Assembly (NCBI GenBank): GCA_013239625.1 | Contig: MU053810.1 | Span: 5,240,071 to 5,304,070 of the forward strand | Length of the DNA: 64,000 nt | Direction: 5' to 3' | Origin: Lama guanicoe | Lineage: Eukaryota | Part shown: positions 12,917-24,992 of the stretch, in pieces | How the letters are laid out: every line of letters starts with the position of its first letter | How positions within the stretch are numbered: the first letter of the stretch is position 1 | Program-made: the position numbers and the translations under genes | Notes under the pieces: generated by a model | The model's database searches: none | Told to the model about the DNA's origin: nothing | What the model saw: only the letters and a program-made list of their open reading frames with translations

Positions 12917-14117
12917 TTTTTTTTTTTTCAGGAACTGGTATTTATTATCAAAGTCATATTCGATGTCAACAAGATGCCACAACTACAAAAAAAAATGGTG
13001 CACATTGCAGTCCCAATGCAGTCAAATGGAACCCCAGTCATTAAAAAAGTAATTCCAATTACCCCAAAAAGCAACTGAATTTTTAAAACATCTTTATACA
13101 TCCAGCCAACAAATTTAAATGGTTAACAAGAAAAAATACAAATTCAGAGGTCTGGTATCGATGTTTAAAAAAGGCAACAGCTTAAGCATTTCTATCGATT
13201 CTAACATCAGTCTCTCAGCCACTCAGCTTCATCCCATTCATCATATGGCAGGCTCTCTCAGCCACCTCTGGCAACTCAAACTTAACCACATTGCACCCCC
13301 TGGACTTCCCATTCTCCATCTTGATGTCAGCATACAGCACATGGCCACATTTGTTGAATCTGTCTTTTAGCATCTTCCATGTAAAATCAAATGGAAGATT
13401 TCTCAGAGAAGTAGCTGGCAGGCCTTCCTGGCCACCCCAGGAGTGTGGCCTCCTGCTCCACCAAAGGAACCTGTGAAGCTTCCTCCAAAGTTGCCATCCT
13501 CCACCTTGATGGCATGGTCAAAGCTGGCACCTTCACCACCACCCATGGCCAGGCCCATGTGCTCAATGTCAGCGCTCAGGGCAGGGCCTATGGTGGGACC
13601 CATGTGCTCCAGGTTGTTGGCTCCCATGCATTCCAGGCTGGCGGCCATGCGATCCGTCATGGGGCACATGTGCTCCAGGCCTGCCCCCATACTTGTGGGC
13701 ACCATGCACTCCATGCTCAGGCCCATGCACTCGATGGCAGGGCCCATACGCTGCACACCAGAGCCCATGCACCTAATGGTCTGGCCCACCCGGTCAATGA
13801 GCATGGCCATACCCTCAAGGCCAAAGCCCATGCTGGCACCCAATGCACTCCACGACGGAGCCGAAGTGCTCCATGGTCTGGCCCATGTGTTCAATGCTGG
13901 AGCCCATGTGGTAAAGGCCCAGTGGGCCCATACACTCCATGCCAGAGTCCATGCGCTCGACTGAGCCCATGAGGTCCATGACCAGCCCATGCACTCAATC
14001 TCGGAGCCCACACAATTCATTCCGTGGCCCAGGCCTGCACCCATGCACTCCATGCCGGCACCCCTAATGCGGTCAATGCTGGGGCCCATCCTCTGGATTC
14101 CAGAGACACTGCCCCCG
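12917..14117 (-). pseudogene. HNRNPM: Processed, 5'-truncated hnRNP M pseudogene
   Basis: - strand gives degenerate (G/S)xERMG repeats, GNFGGSFTGSFGGAGGHTPGVARKACQ, then a shifted-frame RRM ending RIDRNA* (stop 13182-13184). It is intronless, has AATAAA (12941-12946), a poly(A) tail (T-run 12917-12928) and TSD TCGATTGGG at 12907-12915 and 14118-14126. Frameshifts near 13985, 13845 and 13410. Confidence 0.95.
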
Positions 14118-14558
14118 TCGATTGGGTATTTTTAAGATGTTCCTTTTGCTCAAAACCAAAGGACAGAAATAAAGGGAAAAGCATACTCTAAAACAGTTAA
14201 ATCAGAGAAAAATAGTGGGTAAAGGAAAAATGAATGTTAAAATTAGCTAGGTTGTTTCGGTTTAAGAAAGCTTTTTCTCACTCTCAGCAAAAGGCAGGAG
14301 AGAGTTCCTCAGACACAGGGCCCCTCCAGAGAAAGGCTGCAGGCCTCTGGCCCCTAGGTATAAACTAAGGAAATGTTAATAATCTCACACAAGGGGACTT
14401 GCACAAGGATACAGAAGAGTAGAGCTGTTCTCAAAGGTAACATTCAACACATCGAATTCTTTTTTTGGGGGGGGGGGATACATTAAAATGCCCTTTAAAA
14501 GGTAGTTCTCACTGCCCCGCCTCGCCCAGCCCTCGCCTACTCGGGCGCGTGCCCCCCC

Positions 14559-14785
14559 NNNNNNNNNNNNNNNNNNNNNNNNNNNNNNNNNNNNNNNNNN
14601 NNNNNNNNNNNNNNNNNNNNNNNNNNNNNNNNNNNNNNNNNNNNNNNNNNNNNNNNNNNNNNNNNNNNNNNNNNNNNNNNNNNNNNNNNNNNNNNNNNNN
14701 NNNNNNNNNNNNNNNNNNNNNNNNNNNNNNNNNNNNNNNNNNNNNNNNNNNNNNNNNNNNNNNNNNNNNNNNNNNNNNNNNNNNN
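14559..14785. other. Assembly gap
   Basis: Run of 227 N. Confidence 1.
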
Positions 14786-15020
14786 GATTCGGGAAGTTGG
14801 GGAGAAATTTCTCCGCTTTCCGGGCCTGTCTTGCCAGGGGCCCGGCTCGCCTGACGGTCGTGTCTGATTTCTGATGCTACCTGCTGGCACCCTGCGTCAG
14901 TATCCGTCCCGTACAGTCCTTCCAGATTCCGCCCAAATGCCACCTAAGGTCCTCCTGCGCTGGGAGACCCCCACCCGCGACTTTAAGGTAATGGGACCAC
15001 CCGGTGAGGGGTGGCGAGAT

Positions 15021-18000
15021 TCACTAGCACTGATGGCAACCCTGGGTCTGGGTCACTGGCAGTGAATAGGCACTCTTGGCCATGGTCACTGGCCGTAGAG
15101 ACACACTCTTGACTTGGGTCACTGGCCCTGAAAAAACAACCTGGGCCTGGGTGACTGGCACAGAAGCCATCCCCTGGGCCTGGGTCACTGGCCCTGAAGA
15201 CACACACTTGGCCTTGGACAAAGGCCTTAAAAAACACACGGCTTTCGTCAGTGGCCCTAGAGATGCACTCTTGGCTTGGATCACTGGCGGTGAAAAACCC
15301 GCCTGGGCCTGTGTCACTGGTGAGGGAGCTATTCCCTGGGCCTGGGTCACTGGCACTGATTGCAACCCTGGGCCTGGGTCACTGGCCGTGATGATGCACT
15401 CTTGGCCTTGGTCTCTGGCCCTAAAGACACACACTTGGCTTTGGTCAGTGGCCCTAGAGATGCACTCTTGGCTTGGGTCACTGGCCCCGAAAACATAGCC
15501 TGGGCCTGGCTCACTGGCCTTGAGGAGACCCCAGGGGCCTGGGTCACTGCCCCTGAAGGCACACCCTGGGATTGTGTAACTTGACATGAAAGCAGTCCCA
15601 GGGCCTCAGTTACTTTCCTAGAAGGAACACTGAGGGACTGTGCCACTGGTGCTGCACGCATACCCTTGTCCTTGGACAATGACCTGAAGAAACGCACTTA
15701 GATTGGGTCACTGGCCCTGAAGTCGCACCCTGGGCCTGGGTGTCTGGCCTGAAGTTACAGCTGGCTTCGGTCACTGGCGCCGAAGGCACACCCTTGCCTG
15801 GGTCACTTGTCCTGAAAAATACCGTAGACCTGGATCACCTGCGCTGGTGGAAACCCTGGGCCTGTGTCATTGGCCTTGAAGATACAATTGGCCTGTGTAG
15901 TGGCCCTGGAACATACACTTACCCTGGATAACTGGCCCTGAATAAGCACCTTGGGCCAATGTCACAGGCCCTGAAGACACACCCTTCGCATGGGTCACTG
16001 GCACAGAAGTAACACGCTGGGCTTCGAACACTGGGGCAGAGGGCACACCCTGGGCCTGGATCAAATGCGCTGATGGCAACCCTGAGCCTCGGTGACTGGT
16101 CCTCAAGACACACTCATGGCCTGGGTCACTAGTCCTGATACACAACCTGGGTTTGGGTCACTGGCCCTGAAGACGTACTCTTGGCCTTGGTCACTGGCCC
16201 TGAAAGCAAACACTTGGCTTGGGTCAGTGGCCCTGAACACACACTTGGCCTGGGTCACTGGCATAGAAGTAACATGCTGGGCTTTGGTCACTGGGGCTGA
16301 GGGCACACCCTGGGCCTAGGTCAAAGGTGCTGATGGCAACCTTGGGCCTGGGTGACTGGCCCTCAAGACGCACTCGGGCCTGGGTCACTGGCCCTGAAGA
16401 CTCACTCTTGGCCTTGGTCACTGATCCTGAAGACACACACTTTGCTTGGGTCAGTGGCTCTGAACACACACTTGGCCTGGGTCTCTGGCACAGAAGTAAC
16501 ACGCTGTGCTTGTGTCACTGGGGCAGAGGGCATACCCCGGGCCTGGGTCACTGGCAGTGGTTGCAACAATGGGCCTGAGTCACTGGCCGTTAAGACACAC
16601 TCTTGTCCTGGGTTACTGGCCCTGATACACAACCTGTGCCTGGGTCACTGGCCCTGAAGATGCACTCTTGGCCTTGGTCATTGGCCCTAAAGATACATAC
16701 TTGGCATGGGTCAGTGGCCCTGAACAGGCACTTGGCATGGGTCCCTGGCATAGAATTAACATGCTGTGCTTGTGTCACTGGGGCTGAGGGCGTACTCCGG
16801 GACTGGGTCACTGGCAGTGATTGCAAATAATGGGCCTGGGTCACTGCTACTGAAGGCACACCCTGGGCCTTGTTCACTGGCCCTGAATGCACGCCATTTG
16901 TCTGGCTCACTGGCCCTGAATACAAACTTGACCTGAATCACTGGCCCTGAATTACCAATCTGGGCCTCAGTCACTTTCGTAGAAGGCACAAACTTGTCCT
17001 GTGTCACTGACCCTGAAGAAACATACTTAGCCTGGGTCACTGGCACTGAAGACATACGCTGGGCATGGGTGTCTGGCCTGAAGGCACATCTGGGCTTTGG
17101 TCACTGGCTCGAAAGCACCCCCGGGGCCTATGTGACTGGCGCTGAATGCACACCCTGGAATTGTGTCACTGGCCCTGAAGCCACACACTTGCCCTGGTTC
17201 ACTGGCCCAGAAGGCACATGCTTGGCCTGGATTACTGGCCCTGAAGTCACACCCTTGACCTGGGACACTGACCCTGAAGACCCACACATGGCCTGGGTCA
17301 CTGACCCTGATATACTCCCTTGCCCTGGGACGTTGGCGCTGAAGGTACACCCTGGAACTGCGTCACTGGTCCTGAAGCCACAACCTGGGCTTGGCTCACT
17401 GGTGCTAAAGACACACCCTTGAGCCTGGGTAACTGGTAATGAAGGCACACTCTGGGCCTGGGTCACTGGTACTGATTACAACCCTGGGCCTGTGTCATAG
17501 GCCCTGAAGACACATACTTGGTCTTGGTCACTGACCCTGAACACACAAACTTGGCCTGGGTCCCTGGGCTTGAAGACACACCCTGGACCTGGGTCACTGG
17601 CCCTGGAACACAAAATTGGCCTGGGTCACTGTCCCTGAAGTAATATCCTTGGCCTGGGTCACTGGCCCTGAAGGCACACCATGGTCTTGGGTCACTGACA
17701 CAGAAGTCCCAACTTGGGCCTGGGTCACTGGCCCGGAGAACACACCCTTGTCCTGGTTGAATGGCCCTGAAGACACACTCTTGTCTTGGGTCAATGGCCA
17801 TTAAGACACATACTGGGCCTGGCACCAGCTCTGAAGGCACATCATGGGCCTGGGTCACTGGTTATGAAGACACTCCCTTGGCCTCGGTCACTAACACTGA
17901 ATAAACACCCTGGGCCTGGGTGACTGGCGCTGAAGGCACACATTGGAACTGGGTCACTGGCCCTGAAACTACACACTTGACCTCAGTCACTGGCCCTGAA

Positions 18001-18600
18001 GGCACATGCTTGGCCTGGATTACTGGCCCTGAAGTCACACCCTTGACCTAGGACCCTGGCCCTGAAGACCCACACATGGCCGGGGTCACTGGCCCTGATA
18101 CACTCTCTGCCCTGGGACGTTGGCACTGAAGACACACCCTGGGACTGGGCCACTAGCCCTGAAGCCAAAACCTGGGTCTGGATCACTGGCGCTGAAGACA
18201 CACCCTTGAGCCTGGGTCATTGGTAATGAAGGCACTCTGGGCGTGGGTCACTGGTCCTGAAGGCACAGTTAGTCTTGGTCACTGGCCCTTAACACACACG
18301 CTTGGCCTGGGTCCCTGTCCTTGAAGACACACTCTGGACCTAGGTCACTGGTCCTGGAACACAAAGTTGGCCTGGGTCACTGTCTCTGAATTAATACCCT
18401 GGTCTGGGTCACTGTGCCTGGTTTAAAACCCTGAGCCAGGGTCACTGACCCTGAAGTCACACCATTGGCCTGGGTCACTAGCCCTGAAGACACACCCTCT
18501 CCCTGGGTCAATGGCCATGAAGACACACCCTGGTCCTTGGTCACTGGCCCTAAAGGCAAACGTATTGCCTGAGTCACTGGCTCTGAAGACACACACTCCC
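15021..18600. repeat. GC-rich satellite array, ~30-33-bp monomer (consensus approx. GGCCTGGGTCACTGGCCCTGAAGACACACACTT), roughly 110 copies
   Basis: Variants of ctgggtcactggccctgaag recur every ~32-33 bp across ~3.6 kb. Confidence 0.95.
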
Positions 18601-20631
18601 TAGTGATTTCTCTTTCTCTTAAGAGACTGAGATTTTAAAAAGGCAAATCTCAGTGTCACCCACTTGGCGGGCTCCAATTTATTCGTATCACCCATATTCT
18701 ATGCAAGGAGCCCATGAAATCTCTGTCTTTCGTAAAATGCCAGTTAGAAATTGTTAATTTCAGCAACACCCACATTGTCCTGCAAACCAGAAGCCTTCTG
18801 CTTTTTTTTGGATTTTTTTGTCTTTTTAGGGATTTTGTCAACTGAGAGGAAGGGTACATATCAGAAATTCTGTGGTAAAAAGAGGACGAAGGAGTATGTT
18901 CATGTCCTTAAATGTCTGAAGAAGGAGGGATGTGTGTATCTTGAATTTCTGGGGATGGGAAAAAAATTTCTGAATTTTATTGCAGATCTAGGTTAAAAAC
19001 TGAATTTTTAGAAAAATCAATCTGAAGTATTTGAGAGCACTGTGCATTTACAAATAAATGCATTCAAGCTGCAGCCTTTGAAAAGGGATAGTCTTGCCTG
19101 ATCATGGGTTTTCCTTTGTTGTTTTGTTTTTTTTTTTTATGAGATGGCTTAGAACAGGGTTTTAATAAATTTAATGAAGGATTAAGTAACTCCAGAAGAA
19201 TAAATTCCATTTCAGTGGTGATGAGAACCAGGACCCTGCATGGGTTCCAGGCGGGGTGAAGGGGAAAGAACCTGGTGTGCGGTCAATCAGTCTCTTTCTG
19301 GCACTTTCTAGTTGTTAGGATGTGCTGACCCTCAGTGACCTCACCTGCAAGACAGAGGTGCTGATGCTGTCCTCAGGAATGGGGGCCTCTCCATGAGGTG
19401 AGGCCACGTGATCATCTATGAACGAATCTAGGAGCTCAAGCTCCCTTCCCCCCCTTATAGTCCGTGGAGCTCATTCAAATGTCCAGTCTCCCCTTTTCTG
19501 GGACACTGGAGCAGTGCTTGTGAAGGAACATCAGTGCTGCTAAAAAAATAAGACATTCCCCTCCCGCCCGTCCCCCAGTTCCGGTTTGACTGTCTCAGGG
19601 GCTCGGGGTTTTTAAGCAAGCTCTCCAGGCAATTCTCAGACACATTCATAGAGAACCAATGTTTTCAGGTTCTGCATTTAATTCACCCCTACTCCCAAAT
19701 TTGTCATAACAGTCATGGGATAAAGTGTGAAGAGCATCAAGCTTTATCTTGTTTACCGAACAAGTTTATCTGAGCTCTTCTCAGTTAAGACTTCTCTTTC
19801 TGTCACCGGAAGTGCCATTAAATCTAGTAACAGACCTGCAAGAAGCCATCAGCGGACATCCTTTCAGGTCTTCAGGAGGAAAAGGAAGAAATATCATTTT
19901 CCTCTTGTATTTTCCAGTCAATTGTTGACAGCACCCGACACCTTCCCAGAAGACCTTATAAAAATCTAAGAGCTTAAAAGAAGGCAAATTCTAAACATCT
20001 TTTGGTCTAAACTTCCTAAAGTTTATCCTGCAAGTTCTGACAACTGCCTTGTAAATGCAGAAGAAGGAAGATTTCATATAACTTTTTGTTGCTGAGGCTG
20101 TCACCTGAAATGCCAAAGCAACAAACAAAGCTGAATTAAGCATCTGGGTAAAGGCAGTCTGATTTGGCTCCAGGGTCATAGAAAAATTACTACCACATAT
20201 CTGAGTCGCCCATTTAGTTTAGTAGGGAAGGCTTCTCACATTTGGATGAGTCTTTTCCCAAAGTTCATTTCCTTACGAAGTTGAAAATCGAATTCCCAGA
20301 ATCTGTGCTTCCCCCCCACCCCTTAAAACTTATGCCTCCACCTGACAAGATTAAAGGGAAATAATGGATTTATTTCTGAATGAGTCCACTCTTCTTTAAC
20401 AAAGAATCACTTCACTAGACTCAGAGCCTTGGACAGATCTTGATGCCTAGGGGCTGCCAATATTTGCAGAAATTTTACTAAACATCCTCTCCCAAACCAC
20501 AACTGAGCCACTTCTGAAAATTTTTAACAATTAAAACAAATCTAGTGATGATGAAGCGAAAATTCCAGTCCCCCCACCAACCCCCACTGTGCTTTTTGTC
20601 ATGTCCGTGCCCAGAAGAGAATTCACATTTT

Positions 20632-20763
20632 CTTTTTAAAATATATTTATTTATTTGGGGGAAGATAATTAGGCTTATTTTTTTAATGTAGGTACTGGGG
20701 ATTGAACCCAGGACCTTGTGCATGGTAGGGACGTACTCTACCACTGAGCTATACCCTCCCCCC
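20632..20763 (-). mobile_element. tRNA-derived SINE, vic-1-like
   Basis: Reverse complement gggggagggtatagctcagtggtagag...gtcctgggttcaatccccagtacc plus AT tail. Confidence 0.85.
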
Positions 20764-23059
20764 ATGTTTTCTTATGTTAGCCCTTCTGACTCTCTGTACA
20801 GCATTCTTTTCCTCAAGCCACCACTTTCTGTATTAAGGTAACTTGCCTAAGATTAGAGTGCAAGGTTTCCAGCCCATGGGCCTTTGATCCACAGTTTCAT
20901 TTCAGCAAGTCTCAAAAACTTAAATCAAGGCGTAAGCAATCTCTGTTCATTTAAGATGGCCAAAATCTCTGGTCAGCCAAAATGAGATGTTTCTACAACT
21001 TATTTAAAACTTTCAGAGTCAGAAACCGATTTACCTTCCAGGTTGTGTACTTTATACACACCAATTCTAGAGTGAACCTATGGGTGATCACAGATCTAAC
21101 CCTATTCTCTGCTGCCTCATGCCATGCCACCTCCCACCACTAAAAAGACCCACAGCCAAAGCAGAGAGGGGAGGAGCCATAGGGAGCTTGGATGGGTTGA
21201 AGAGTGGCCACATACATGACATCCTGGGCACATATATCATAGTCTGGTGGCCTCATGGAGGTCTTACACATTTGTTCCTACCTACCCGGCCCCATCAGAC
21301 AAACCTGAACAGCACCTGAAAGTCTATCAAGGTGAGCTCATTCAACTCTCTGGTTGTCCCATGTGCTCATGGGTTGATATTAGATCCTTACCAATCCCCT
21401 AGCCCCCTAATTGACCCAGTTTCTTCCTACCAGACAGGTGGGAGAGGAAATCACTGGGTGAGGAGTTGCATAGCAAGTCACATAGATGGTCCACAGCTTA
21501 GTTTCTCCATGGAACAAAATAAAGGATAAGAATATAAAATTTATCAGTGCTAGAGTGGAATTAAGACCATGCAACCACTGTCAGTTGTATGGCTTTAAAT
21601 ACTTTCCTTATTTTCTCTTAAACTTGGTTTACATGCATACTATTGATATACCTTCCTCATACAAGGATAAGACAGTTCATACTTGATTCTGTACTGTATC
21701 TTTGCATACTGCTTATAAATGTATTTATTAATTCATTATGCATTCAATAGTTGGGTCATTGGTATTCTGAACGCTTCATATTGTGCAGAAATATTTAGTG
21801 GATTATTACCTAGGTTGGACACATTTTGTTTTTCCATTTAAAATAATGCAATAAGGTTCCCCACCCCCCACCCCCATTGAAAAAAAAAGATCATCTGATT
21901 AGATTTCTACACTAAGGCATGCCTGAATACGGAAGGTACTTAGCACTGTTTTGGACACGTGGCTTCCAATAAATGGTAGCTAATATGACCAATAGTTTTA
22001 CTAATACTTTAGTTTCAGGAGGTTATTTGGTACAAAGAATGAGTTAGCTGATTCACTTCCCTGGGTCTTGGTGTCAGCCCTGTCAACAGCTACCAACCCA
22101 TGGACTTTTCTCTAGGGCTAATTCGGGAACAGAAAAGGGCTTCTGTGGTTTTGGTGGTCAAGTTCAATATCAACATTCAGAGGTGGTCTTGTTAGGAAGA
22201 CAGTGCCTCTGTTTGCTGAGTTCTTGTCCCCTCGCAGTTGATTTGGGGAGAGACTGGAATCTCTGTGGCTTGTGAAGAATGTGATTAATGCTTTGCTTTA
22301 GAGATGGATGACATGTTTCTTCCTGGCTCAGAGGTATTTTCCAGTTGTTGAGTCGCGGAACTCACAGTACATGTGGAATTAGAATCCCTGAAACTTCCGC
22401 CTCAGAGAATAGATTAAAATATATTCTAGTAGATTGTCCCACAGTGGGACCAATCCCCCTGAGGCTCAAGATAGGCATCTCTTGATGCCTTCACTCTGAA
22501 GCTGGTGCCATGTAATAGGCTGTTTCCATGTAATAGGCTGCTTCTCAGATCCAAACTCATTTCCAGAAGCTCTCCAATGGTCTTGGAAGAAAGACACTCT
22601 TGTCTTGCTGGGAGAGCTTCTCTTCCACAACCTCCATGTCTATCTTTCTCTCACCGTCTCACGACATTGCCCCTCAAACCTTCCTCTGCCGTGTAAACTT
22701 CGCAGATTAGACAAGCCAGGCATCTGTCCCTGGGTTGTGAAACAAAGCATCATAGAAGCATCTTTTGTTCATTCTCGAACCACCAAACTCTCTGCGAACA
22801 GCAGGATGCGGCAATTGATTGCATCCCAGAAATGAACTGACATCCATTCTCTTAGGTAGGATAACGGAGAAGCAGATGGTACACATTCATTCCATTTTCA
22901 CACCTCTTAAGTGCCAGGCCTGGTGCTAGATGCTGAGGATAGGTCTGTGCACATAGCAGACAAAAATCAAGCCTTAGACCAGTTGTCTTCAAGAGGAAAT
23001 AGAAAATAAGCAAGCAGACAAAGTAATATTAGAACACCGATGCTATGAAGAGAGGAAAC

Positions 23060-23395
23060 AATGGTGTGTGCTAGAGCTGCCACTAGCTCTCACGTGTGGC
23101 TGTTGGTACTTAACACATGGCTCGTCCAAACTGAGATAGGCTGGTAAGTGTAAAATACACAGCAGATTTCAAAGACTTAGCACGACAAAAAGAACGTCAA
23201 CTAGCTTAACAATACTTTGTTTACAATTTTGATTACATGTTGAAATGATCGTATCTTGCGTAGGTCTCAGTAAAATGTTATTAACGTTAATTTCACCTGT
23301 TTCTTTTTATGTATTAAAGTGTGGCTCCTAGAACATTTGAAATGACGTGTGCCTCACATCTGTAGCTTGCATTCTATTTCTGTTGAATGGTGCTG
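23060..23395 (-). mobile_element. MER33-like hAT-Charlie DNA transposon remnant
   Basis: 'gccactagc..cacgtgtggct', 'gtaagtgtaaaatacac..gatttcaaagacttag', 'ttaatttcacctgtttctttt' match the recalled MER33 consensus. Confidence 0.75.
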
Positions 23396-23966
23396 TTCTG
23401 GAGAACATGGGCAGGGATGGGTGCTTTCTGTTTTGGACAGGGTGTCCAGGAAGGCATCCCTGAGGAGGTGGCACTTGAAGCTGAGACCTGAGAAATCATG
23501 GGAAGAAGAAGACCTGAAAGGTGGTGGGGAAGAGCTTGGTGGATCTGACAGAAACTCACGGGGCAGAAATTAAGTGAGAGGAGGGAGAGTGGGCAGGACC
23601 CAGACCAAGGAGGAGATTGTAAGGAGCTTGGATTTCATTCTGAATGCAATGAGGCATCACTTTAAAAGCAAAAGAGCCAGCTGGTTTCAATCAAGGCAGC
23701 AAATTGACAGCTTGTGGTATTACAGTTGGAGCTCGAGGGACTGCTTTTAGGGAATGAGGACTTCCTGTGAGGGCATCATTGTTATATAAAAGTCCAACCA
23801 TGGCTGTCTTATTTGAATCAGGCTATTGAGGCTGCCCACTTTCCCCTCCTATTCATAAAATAATGAACAATGGAAACTGTGGTCGTCAGTGTTCTAAGGC
23901 TATTTGTCAAGCTTTGTTTCTGTGTTTTACTTTTTAAATTATTTTTTTCATTTTTATTTTGCACAG

Positions 23967-24171
23967 TGCTTCAAACCAGATGCCCTGTTACTAATAGCTG
24001 GGGGAGATTTTGAGGATCAGCTCAGAGAGGAAGTGGTCCAGAGAGTTTCTCTTCTCCTCTATTACATCATTCAACAGGATGTAGAATGTAGACTCCTATT
24101 TCCTTTCATAGAATGAGATGGAAGACATCCTGGCTTTTACCAGGCAGTACTTTGACACTTCCAGAAGCCAG
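23967..24171 (+). pseudogene. SLC39A12: SLC39A12 exon 3 equivalent (disrupted)
   Basis: cag|TGC...CAG|gtaag. Reads [38 protein letters not shown], then in a shifted frame [26 protein letters not shown]. 205 nt versus 282 expected from the recalled human peptide. Confidence 0.92.
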
Positions 24172-24992
24172 GTAAGAAAGTCAAAATAGCTAACTGGCTC
24201 TGCTGCTAAGATACAGTCTCAGAGCATGAGTTTTTAGTCCCTTGTTTTTTACTAAGATACTCAGAAACTTCTAAGAGAGGTAACTATTTGTGATTTTTAG
24301 TTATGGGATGTTAGGTGATGTAATTTAAAATTCTGAGTCTAAAGGGGGAAATGTAATGCCTAACCAGTTGTCAGATGAGTTTTAGCCAGAAGCTGGGAGG
24401 CGGGGGTGGATGGGCAGGCAGGCCAGGTGACAGGATAGCTCTGTTCTGAGTCCCCTGGGCACTAAAGTGAGTGTGACTCATGGCTTTTCATCAATCTCCA
24501 AAGACTGAACTGGAGTGGTGAGAGCAGTGTGCCTATTCGCCTTGCCTTTTGGCCAGGGAGGGAGAAGGCAGTAAGAGTTTGAGAGAGATTAATTTATAAT
24601 TAGTTACTTCCCTGAAGGTGCAGCTTGCAAATAGCATTATTCATGACATTCAGCACAGACGGTTTCCCTTTTGTGGCTTTTGATTGGTGCTGCATATGTA
24701 TGTTCAGGGGTCCCAGGTGTGTTTCTTCTCTCACAGCTCCCACTATTAGGAACCGGGCATCTTGCTACCGTCATTACTATTCCAGCAAAAGCTGCCTTTC
24801 AATTACCTTTTTGCTTTCTGCTTTGAGGTGGGAAGTTTGAGCTGATAAAATTCTCTGAACAGAAAGAGTTTTTTTGAGCCCTATTTTCTTAAAGAATTAA
24901 TTGAGGCACCACCATCATATTTTGAAGAGTGTGAGAAAATGTGGTTTTTTGTTTTCTCTCTCTCTCTCTCTCTCAAAGTATTCATTGACATG

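Noticed and set aside
13443..13972. 173- and 175-aa + strand ORFs
   Set aside because: Antisense shadows of the repetitive HNRNPM retrocopy.
13403..14089. 228-aa ORF as a functional retrogene
   Set aside because: 5'-truncated, part of it is out of the parental frame, Arg residues are lost to CpG decay, and it stops before the RRM.
14465..14943. ORFs spanning the first N-gap (and similar ones at 38399-38882)
   Set aside because: Their length comes from translating Ns.
14983..18592. Many overlapping ORFs with PVTQAQ / AWVTGPE / RASDPG repeats, mucin-like at first glance
   Set aside because: They occur in several frames on both strands with constant frame switching; this is what a GC-rich ~33-bp satellite produces.
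15021..18600. CRISPR-like array (~32-bp palindromic repeats)
   Set aside because: Monomers are head-to-tail with no unique spacers, there are no cas genes, and the context is mammalian.
20690..20763. tRNA genes (this and similar copies)
   Set aside because: A/B-box heads continue into AT-rich tails with TSDs and diverge between copies, so they are SINEs.
22508..22543. 18-bp tandem duplication (also a 17-bp unit at 37767-37809)
   Set aside because: Real but ordinary slippage duplications with no sign of function.
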